IMG/VR virus record: IMGVR_UViG_3300008116_000013
Source: an uncultured virus (IMG/VR IMGVR_UViG_3300008116_000013)
Lineage: Duplodnaviria; Heunggongvirae; Uroviricota; Caudoviricetes
Strand: one strand, 5' to 3'
DNA length: 64,000 bases
This document shows, one piece after another, positions 39,411-46,405 of the stretch. The notes beneath the pieces were generated by a model, which saw only the letters and a list, made by a program, of their open reading frames with translations, had not been told where the DNA came from and did no database searches. Position numbers and translations under genes: made by a program. Every line of letters begins with the position of its first letter. Position 1 is the stretch's first letter.

Positions 39411-39556
39411 GGTGGTGGGGTGGTGTGTGGTCGGCGTCAGTGGTGCGCCGTTGACGGAATGATGAACGATGAGAACCTGCCACCACAAGCGGGTTTGTGC
39501 CACCTTTAGAACTGGCACAACCCACCGGGTTTTGATGCGGTCTGGCAGTATCCTAT

Positions 39557-39620
39557 GGGGACAATCAGATGAGGGGAGGGGTATCCCTGTGGACGACAAC
39601 ACATCGCCACCGCCCCTGCC
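39557..39620 (+). ncRNA. Putative small RNA, copy 2
   Basis: Palindrome 39496-39519, then 29 nt, then TATCCT (39549-39554); GGGGACAATC...GAGGGG...GACG...TCGCCACCG...CCTGCC shared with copy 1. Confidence 0.7.
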
Positions 39621-39647
39621 ATAAAATAATAGAATGTGAAGAATAGT

Positions 39648-39766
39648 AAAAAGGATCAGGCACCACCCTGATCCTCAGCGTCCACATCACCTTAACCATG
39701 CTAGAATTATCTGTTCGCTTCGTGGGTGACTTTCTTTTAGCGGAGGCAAACCCCTTCCTCCTTGTC
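39648..39766 (-). ncRNA. Putative ~115-nt small RNA with H-type pseudoknot potential
   Basis: TTGACA (39796-39801)-18 nt-TAGAAT (39772-39777); ends in the AGGATCAGG/CCTGATCCT hairpin plus a U-run; no RBS-led ORF inside. Confidence 0.55.
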
Positions 39767-39955
39767 TTATAATTCTACCATCCAGTCTGGGTCATTGTCA
39801 AGTGTTGCCCAGAAATGATTGCGACCGTTCAATGATGTGAGAAACACTTTGTTACCTTTGTGTTGCTCAATGATGCAGATCTCGATGCGATTCATGATGT
39901 TCGAGAATCTGTTCTTTGCTTTCTTCGAGATTGGTGTAACAGATGCAGTTTGCAT
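39767..39955 (-). CDS. Hypothetical protein, paralogue of 61881-62087 (likely start 39955)
   Basis: V.P.S.KAKNR..N.M.....CI.EQ.KG...FL.S.N....FW shared between the two. Confidence 0.75.
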   Translation of the reverse strand: MQTASVTPISKKAKNRFSNIMNRIEICIIEQHKGNKVFLTSLNGRNHFWATLDNDPDWMVEL

Positions 39956-40049
39956 GATGGTCTCGTCGAGATGTGCATAATCTAGTTGATCTTGCTGATC
40001 TCGTCGAGAGAGGTGTACCACTAGATGAACTGGCACACCTCGACGAGTT

Positions 40050-41571
40050 TCAGAACTGGATCTCGTCTAGTGTTGGAACATTATCTTGACTAGATTCACT
40101 GCTGTCCACCCCATCACAGAGTACATCAAGAATGTGAAGGATGTCGTTCCCATTTTTGCCTTGGCGAAGTTGAGAGATCAGAAGTTGTTTGGTCATTGTG
40201 CAGATTCCTCCAGCAGTTCGGGATAGTATTCTTCACACTCAGTAATCAATTCTTCATCCGAATACTTTGCATAACCCTCATCCAGATAATCATAACAAAG
40301 TTGGGTCATTGTCTTGAGGTCCATGTCATCCAACATCTGCTGAATGAGTTGATCTTGAAGTTCAGTGCGGTTCATAATCAGTTAGCGTAGAGGGGCAGTT
40401 TCTTACGGAGGCGGATTGCGTCCTCCAATACATCACCAATCTGTTCGTAGATGTAGTCGCAACCTCCCACATCACAGAGAACATCTTGAGTGAAAAGTTC
40501 AGGAAAACGATGCTCTTCTGTCATTTCCTCATTATACTCAAAAACATCGTTTTGAGTGAATACAAACGCAGCACAACCTGCGTCCTCACCTTGACTCTCA
40601 ATCAGTTGGTTGATAGAGTCACGAAGTTCAGAAAGAGTGCGGTACATAATCAGAAACGAATTACAGGGTGGTCAACATCAAGGACATCACATTCATCAGT
40701 TGTAAATGCAAGATCTACATCAAGTTGAATGTGTTGATCTTCCCAACTGTTGTAGATGCAAACATCCTGATTCAGTTGTTCTTCATTCAGTTGTTGCAAC
40801 TGTTGCAGAAGTTCCTTGTAAGTCATCAGTCGTCTCCGAAGTTGTTGGTGAGGAAGTCTTCAAGTTCAATGAGTTTGCTGTCACTTAGAGAGACAATGTA
40901 CTCATCGACAATCATAGCAAGAAGGTCGTGATCTTCCCTGCATTTAGCATACAAAAACTCAAAGAGTTCTGTGCCCGTAGAGTAACGAAGGTCAGTCATC
41001 AGAAATCGTTGAGACAGTGACGGTAGGTTTGATTCAAACGAATGAGAATGTCATTCCAAAACTCTACATCCTCATCATCATTGTATTGGTTGTTCTCTTC
41101 AACCAAACGAATCAGATTGTTGAGATCGTGAGGAGTGAGATAGTTCATCAAACTTCATCCCGCATTTCAGAGAGTTTGTCATAGAGTGCGGAAACATCGC
41201 ACCCCACAATTTCACTCACTTCATCCCAATCATCATGAAACTCTATCAGCGCCAGAAGCGCATCCAGTTCTTCAAAAGTCAGAGCAGTGAGAGTCATTTG
41301 TCTTTAGAGCGACGGTGACGGTCAGAAGCGGTAGGGTCAGGATCATAAACCCCCAACCCCATCCGATCCTCATAGTAGAACATGGCACCGAACATTGTCA
41401 AGATGCCAGCACCCAGAATCAGAGTAACCATCAGAAATCCCAATCAGAGTTCAGAAAAGCATTCCAGGTTGCCTCATCATTCTGGTATTCTTCATCCAAT
41501 TCCCGCATCTCAGGAATGTCGAAGATCTCACCAGGAGCATCAGCAATTTCGATCCAGAGTGTGTCTTCCAT
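40050..41571 (-). CDS. Operon of nine small, mostly acidic ORFs: 40050-40196, 40193-40375, 40378-40647, 40650-40826, 40826-40999, 40999-41148, 41148-41297, 41294-41431, 41431-41571
   Basis: Manual translations tile the strand with TGATG/ATGA coupling downstream of the promoter at 41633. Confidence 0.75.
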
Positions 41572-41643
41572 GTGGTGTGTGGTTGGTTGACTCTTGTAGT
41601 ATAAGGGGCACCAGAGGCGCTTCCAGTGCCCTTGTGACACTTC

Positions 41644-42045
41644 TTAAACTGCCAGGTTACCAGCAGGAATCTCCACCAGTGAAGGTTTTTTCTTCTCAAA
41701 CTGGTGCATGTCATAACATACCCATTCACCCTTACGGTAAAGGTATGCAAACTCTTCACCTGCTGAGAGATACTCTTTCAGTGAAGAATCATAACGGGGA
41801 GGAGTATCTTCCCCACGCTGAGAATAGTATTGAGCACCGTATTCTTGTGCTTTACTATCCCAGCGATCTTCAGTCCAGCAGGATGACATGTCGCCACCAT
41901 CAATCAGTGCAGCGACCTTATCCCTGTTGTGATAATGAGTGCGAAGAATCCTACCCAACCATTCAGGATAACCATCCCAGTGGTGATAGGCAGAAAGAAT
42001 CGAACCGTCTGCCAGTTCGATGCCAATGCGTGATCTGGTTGCCAT
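41644..42045 (-). CDS. Conserved phage early protein (TRSRIG...YHHWDGYP family)
   Basis: MATRSRIGI...SAYHHWDGYPEWLG...LIDGGDMS...EEFAYLY. Confidence 0.8.
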   Translation of the reverse strand: MATRSRIGIELADGSILSAYHHWDGYPEWLGRILRTHYHNRDKVAALIDGGDMSSCWTEDRWDSKAQEYGAQYYSQRGEDTPPRYDSSLKEYLSAGEEFAYLYRKGEWVCYDMHQFEKKKPSLVEIPAGNLAV

Positions 42046-42094
42046 TGGTGTGTGGTGTTGAACAATGTCAATTTACGGGATTCTCAGCAGTCCG

Positions 42095-42313
42095 TCAAGA
42101 CCCTTGTGCCACTACAGAAACTGGCATAAGCAGATCCCGAATCCGCAGGAGTTGTGCTTCATCCTCTGGCGTCTCACAGTCTGCCAAATCTACAGGAGCA
42201 CATTCCTCCAAGTCAACCATCCCATACACATTGATCGGTGCAAAGAACAACTCATGGTTGTCCACAAAGTATAAGCAACCGTGACCGTTCTCAATGTAAA
42301 ACTTGGTGGGCAT
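42095..42313 (-). CDS. Hypothetical protein (likely start 42313)
   Basis: MPTKFYIENG... downstream of the palindrome at 42373. Confidence 0.65.
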   Translation of the reverse strand: MPTKFYIENGHGCLYFVDNHELFFAPINVYGMVDLEECAPVDLADCETPEDEAQLLRIRDLLMPVSVVAQGS

Positions 42314-42397
42314 GAGTTCTAATGTTTCAACGCAACCAATATAAGACAAAAGCGGCACTTGGATTGTCTCCTTGTGCCGCTTTTTTATGTGTCACAA

Positions 42398-42550
42398 TCA
42401 ATAAAGATCAGAGTAATCTTTGATTCTACAGTCTACCTCTTCACCACCTTCCAATTGCAGGACTTCCCTCCAATTGATATCTTCTAGATCTAGATCATCA
42501 TAACATCTAATGTCCAGCGTGACTCGAACTAGTCTCTTTTGTGCAATCAT
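42398..42550 (-). CDS. Hypothetical protein (50 aa; not in the ORF track)
   Basis: MIAQKRLVRVTLDIRCYDDLDLEDINWREVLQLEGGEEVDCRIKDYSDLY. Confidence 0.65.
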   Translation of the reverse strand: MIAQKRLVRVTLDIRCYDDLDLEDINWREVLQLEGGEEVDCRIKDYSDLY

Positions 42551-42581
42551 AAGATCCTCGTGCGTTGTGTTCTAGATTCTA

Positions 42582-42722
42582 TCATGCATAATGGCGATAT
42601 GCAAGATCTTGATAATCTTGCCCATCTCGTGCATAATCCTCGTCGAGATCTTGTGTATACTCGTCGAGATCGTATGAATAGTCTGATGCGTATGTATAGT
42701 CGAGATCGTAGTCGTCGTACAT
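42582..42722 (-). CDS. Asp/Tyr-rich peptide (46 aa) overlapping the palindrome cluster
   Basis: MYDDYDLDYTYASDYSYDLDEYTQDLDEDYARDGQDYQDLAYRHYA; the LDE codons are CTCGACGAG. Confidence 0.55.
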   Translation of the reverse strand: MYDDYDLDYTYASDYSYDLDEYTQDLDEDYARDGQDYQDLAYRHYA

Positions 42723-42874
42723 AATGCTCGTCGAGATTGTGTAACTGAATGAATTATAGCATAATCCTCGACGAGATTGCAAGCTTTATGATGCACCGTC
42801 TCGTCGAGATCATGCTAATATATATGCACTATCGTCGAGAATTGTGTGCTTTTATAAACATGAGATCTCTGAGT

Positions 42875-42980
42875 ATCATAACACGAACGCACAAGACTGT
42901 CAAGGTCTCTGAGTCTTATGTGTGGGTCTCATGGGAAATTTTTGGAGGCGCTTGACTTTTTTGAGTTCTTGTGATAGACT
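42875..42980. promoter_or_regulatory. Divergent sigma70-type promoter pair
   Basis: Minus strand: TTGACA-17-TATGAT (~42875-42903). Plus strand: TTGACT (42952-42957)-17-TAGACT (42975-42980). Confidence 0.7.
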
Positions 42981-43004
42981 GCTCGCCTAACTCACAAGAC
43001 CTAG

Positions 43005-43151
43005 AAGGTTTTAATGAGTATTACATAAGGTTTTAATGAGTATTACATAAGGTTTTAATGAGTATTACATAAGGTTTTAATGAGTATTACATAAGGTTTT
43101 AATGAGTATTAGTAGAAGGATTTAGAGAGTATTACATAAGGTTTTAATGAG
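43005..43151. repeat. 22-bp tandem repeat (iteron-like) AAGGTTTTAATGAGTATTACAT
   Basis: Four perfect copies at 43005, 43027, 43049 and 43071, then three degenerate or partial copies at 43093, 43116 and 43138. Confidence 0.95.
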
Positions 43152-43264
43152 AATAAACACACCTATTCTCAACTAATACCCTTATTGATTCTCAATAACA
43201 ATCACCTTATTGAGAATCAATATATGTTTTTTAATACCTTTTTTAATTAAATTTAAGTTAAAAT

Positions 43265-43450
43265 ATGTCTAAAATCACAAAAAGACCACAAAATATGTGT
43301 TATTCCTGTTGGTATACATGGTATCCAAGAGGTAAGAACATTTCGAATGTTTGTCCTAATTGCGGAAGTCGTAATACAGGAATTGATCTCAGTGGGTTAA
43401 TACTCTTTGTGATTATACTGATTATGATCTTGATCTTTGCGACGATCTAA
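43265..43450 (+). CDS. Zn-ribbon protein with a C-terminal transmembrane helix; the only convincing plus-strand CDS
   Basis: CYSCWYTW.PRG......CPNCGS followed by LILFVIILIMILIFATI. Confidence 0.7.
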   Translation: MSKITKRPQNMCYSCWYTWYPRGKNISNVCPNCGSRNTGIDLSGLILFVIILIMILIFATI

Positions 43451-44169
43451 TTCATTTTGAAGTTGTTGCACATAGTCTTGAGTGTTTGGAAAGAACATAC
43501 AATCTGCAATCTCACACCATAGATCTTCTGATGGAATATCTGCAAGTTCTTCATCAGACCAGTAACAAGGAGGAAAAATCATTTCAACCTCCACCATAAA
43601 CATAAGACACAACACCAGCAGGATGATTGACATTCTCAATCACCTTGATTTCTGCAGTATTGAAATCTTTTTGCAGTTCTTCATTTCGCATTTTTGAATA
43701 ATCAGAACCACCATCGCTACTAAAGTGTTCCATAAAGATCTGTTCACAATGAGGCATCGATTCCGCTGCGATTACACACATTCCAGAAGTGTAATCATAA
43801 AGAACATCATTGATAATGTAGAGATTCATGATCGAGTGAGGAAACAAGTGAAGTGAGTGAATTTAGAACTTTAAGAGTAAACCGTTCAACAATGGGTTCA
43901 TCATTCTCAGTATACAATTGATGACACCAATCGTCAAACAGATACTCATTCAGATAAGAGAGATCATCAAGTTGCTGTTCAATACAGCGAATCAGTTGGT
44001 CTTGATTCATGATTCAGTTCCAGTTGTAGTAAGTTTGATCAGGATAAAGACCCATTTCTTCACAGCGGCATTCGTAGGCGATTCGCTTGAGCATTTCAAG
44101 ATCCATATCCTCAATGGATTTCAGAATGGAACGACGGATCTGAGCGTCTTGAGCAGTGTCGGTAATCAT
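43397..44169 (-). CDS. Four small early ORFs: 43397-43582, 43584-43847, 43807-44010, 44014-44169
   Basis: Tiled ORFs downstream of the promoter palindrome at 44230. Confidence 0.65.
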
Positions 44170-44248
44170 GAGAGGTGGATTGGATTACCCCTGTATTATA
44201 AGGGTGCTACAGGCGATTCTGATGGGGCGTGTGACAGTTCTTCAAGTG

Positions 44249-44899
44249 TCAGTCTGCCAGTCCAACTCCTGCAATTCCAAATCTTCCACCTGCTCCAGGA
44301 GTGTATGATGTTGAGTTGGTTCTAGAGTTTGTATTTGAAAGAGATCCTGACATGCGAGTTTGTGTTCTTCTTTCTTTACCTTTTGCTCGAATTGTTGGTT
44401 GAGGATTGGTTACAATAGACTTATTTGCAACATCCTTATCCATCATCACATAAGATCCTTGTGCCTGTCCTGGTCTTGGAGTAAATCCTCCATGTGCATT
44501 TGGAACTCTAACTACTTTAGCACCTTGTTTGAATGCTGCTTTTGCCTGATCAACAGAACTGGTTGGTTTACCTTTCTTATCAGCAATATCTTCATCAGAT
44601 GCTGATGCCATCCAACGTTTGATGTTTTTACCAAAATCTCTTGGTGAATCTGTGTTTGTCATTCTTGGATTGACAACTCTTAGATTCACTCTTGATCCAC
44701 CATAATCAGAACCAACTCTGGATGATGGAGTAGTATAAACAACTCCTTTTCGTTCATCAGGATGATAGGTTCCAGTGGATGGTGAGTCCTGGAATCCAGT
44801 TTTGAGGATATTTTCCTTATTTGAAGCAGAAGTATAATGTGCTGTGCGAAGAACTCTCATTCTTCTTGCTTCTGCAATAAATTCAGAAAATGTCTTCAT
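44249..44899 (-). CDS. Putative internal head protein with an ADP-ribosyltransferase-like domain
   Basis: CTS-like MKTFSEFIAE; AHYT...ENILKTGF...GVVYTTP...DYG pattern of H-Y-type ART folds; late promoter ATAAATA at 44915-44921. Confidence 0.6.
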   Translation of the reverse strand: MKTFSEFIAEARRMRVLRTAHYTSASNKENILKTGFQDSPSTGTYHPDERKGVVYTTPSSRVGSDYGGSRVNLRVVNPRMTNTDSPRDFGKNIKRWMASASDEDIADKKGKPTSSVDQAKAAFKQGAKVVRVPNAHGGFTPRPGQAQGSYVMMDKDVANKSIVTNPQPTIRAKGKERRTQTRMSGSLSNTNSRTNSTSYTPGAGGRFGIAGVGLAD

Positions 44900-44917
44900 G
44901 ACTCTTTTAAAAATTAT

Positions 44918-45211
44918 TTATCTTCCAGGACGATCTTGATTCAGCATATAAGTCAGTTTTGCTAGATCTGGATCTGCTCTCTTTTCTGCTGGTGTTCTGC
45001 GTCGTTGTTGACGTTCAGTTTGATACTGTTTTAGTTTGTTAATATCTTCCTTAACTGCTTTTGCTAACTTAACTGGTGGTTTCTTTAATGGTTCCAGATA
45101 CCTTTCCTTCCAACCTGGTGGTGGTGTTGATGGTTCAGGTTGTGGTGCTGGTTTATAAGGTTGATACGGAGATCCACCGCTTTCGGACATGAACTGTGAA
45201 AATGTCTTCAT
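44918..45211 (-). CDS. Putative internal head protein
   Basis: MKTFSQFMSE N-terminus; Pro-rich and basic. Confidence 0.65.
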   Translation of the reverse strand: MKTFSQFMSESGGSPYQPYKPAPQPEPSTPPPGWKERYLEPLKKPPVKLAKAVKEDINKLKQYQTERQQRRRTPAEKRADPDLAKLTYMLNQDRPGR

Positions 45212-45215
45212 GATT

Positions 45216-45422
45216 CTACAGTGGTGAGAGCATCGTGTTGATTCTCATTCTTTGAATGAATTGTCTCACACGATCTGGATCTTTTGTTGGTTTTGGTGCT
45301 TGAGTTGGTTGTCTCATGGCACTTCTGAGATTTCTTTGAACTTCTGGATCTTTGAGTGAGATCACCTGTGCTGGTTTAATTGGATCACCCACTGCTTCCA
45401 GAAATTGTGCAAAGGTTTTCAT
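45216..45422 (-). CDS. Putative internal head protein
   Basis: MKTFAQFLE N-terminus; late promoter CTAAATA at 45433-45439. Confidence 0.65.
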   Translation of the reverse strand: MKTFAQFLEAVGDPIKPAQVISLKDPEVQRNLRSAMRQPTQAPKPTKDPDRVRQFIQRMRINTMLSPL

Positions 45423-45431
45423 GTTTTATTT

Positions 45432-46325
45432 TTATTTAGACCATGCCTTTTGCATCGTGAAGTTCGCATGACTGAAGAACTCTCTGTTGACCAGTTTATA
45501 AGTGCCATACTCATTGGACATTACATAACCTTCGGCATCAATCCGATCATATCCAATATAAGCAGCAGGGCCATCATTGCGACACAGGAACAGACAATCT
45601 TCCTTGATGGATTTGACCAACTTCCACAGGCGAATCAGATTGGCATCACAATCAAATGCATCATCCTCAATCTTACGCTGTTCCCGAATACACGCATTGA
45701 TCGCTTTCTTCAATTCAGTCAGTTGTTTACCAGACACAAAGGTGCAAGTAGTAGACATTTGACGGGCAAAGTCACAGATTTCTTCCACATCAGCAAAAGA
45801 GATCTGATTGTGTTGAATATATGCTTTGGGTTTCACAAACAACACTTCATCAGTGCTGTTCAGATTAACTGTAAGTGGAATTGCCCAACTGTCACGCAGA
45901 TCATCATTTGCCTCATAACGAGTATGAGGAGCAAGAATCACCTTGTGTGTGATGACATCAGGAAACTGATAAGTGATGGTATTAGGAGTGTATTCAGTGT
46001 CTCCACCAAAACCAATGAAATCACCTTGAATAATATCTTCGGTACGTGGCAGAACATCAAAACACTCATGCAAAATGTTTGCCACATTGCCTTCATAGAA
46101 TTGATCAATCTCTTCATGAGAATGTGCAATGCGAATCTTTACCTTGTTGAAAACCGCTTTGGTGCCAACAAAGAATTGACCATTAGCAGGATTGGTTCCC
46201 CATACAATCGCAGGAGCACCATCAATCTTCAGAGACAATGTGCCTGCAGCAGTGAACCAATCCAGCACATTCAGATCACCATTCAGAATGGTGTCTTCAG
46301 GATGCTCAATGTGAAGGTTTTGCAT
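45432..46325 (-). CDS. Ligase-like nucleotidyltransferase-fold protein (DUF6267-like)
   Basis: HIEHPED, SLKIDGAPA (KxDG), IQGDF, EGYV and YKLVNR correspond to motifs I, III, IV and V. Confidence 0.6.
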   Translation of the reverse strand: MQNLHIEHPEDTILNGDLNVLDWFTAAGTLSLKIDGAPAIVWGTNPANGQFFVGTKAVFNKVKIRIAHSHEEIDQFYEGNVANILHECFDVLPRTEDIIQGDFIGFGGDTEYTPNTITYQFPDVITHKVILAPHTRYEANDDLRDSWAIPLTVNLNSTDEVLFVKPKAYIQHNQISFADVEEICDFARQMSTTCTFVSGKQLTELKKAINACIREQRKIEDDAFDCDANLIRLWKLVKSIKEDCLFLCRNDGPAAYIGYDRIDAEGYVMSNEYGTYKLVNREFFSHANFTMQKAWSK

Positions 46326-46405
46326 GAGTTGGTTTGTTTGGTATGCAATCAGTATAAGGGCAGAGTGTGAGCAGAGTCAGGGCAGAGTGGACAGTTGTTC
46401 GACTG

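Larger units (their letters stand above)
36442..42840. repeat. Clustered TCTCGWCGAGA palindromes in three clusters: ~36442-36502, ~39961-40092, ~42626-42840
   Basis: Roughly a dozen exact or near-exact copies of (T)CTCG(T/A)CGAG(AT), plus TCTCGACTAG variants; none noticed elsewhere in the window. Confidence 0.85.

Noticed and set aside
38908..39602. N-terminal extensions given by the ORF track (38991, 39602; similarly 38228, 40036, 41640, 42358, 51660)
   Set aside because: They run through promoter palindromes, -10 boxes or the sRNA; downstream starts with proper leaders are more plausible
37757..39620. sRNA pair as hammerhead or other known self-cleaving ribozymes
   Set aside because: The cores read CCGUUGA and CUGUGGA rather than CUGANGA and there is no proper GAAA/stem arrangement; HDV, twister and pistol consensus sequences were not found either
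43005..43151. Possible CRISPR or mini-array
   Set aside because: The units are head-to-tail with no unique spacers, and no cas genes are present in the window
45405..46370. Long plus-strand ORFs in the track (also 41382-42284, 51322-52401 and many shorter ones)
   Set aside because: They are antisense shadows of well-formed minus-strand genes with promoters, and show no recognisable motifs or RBS
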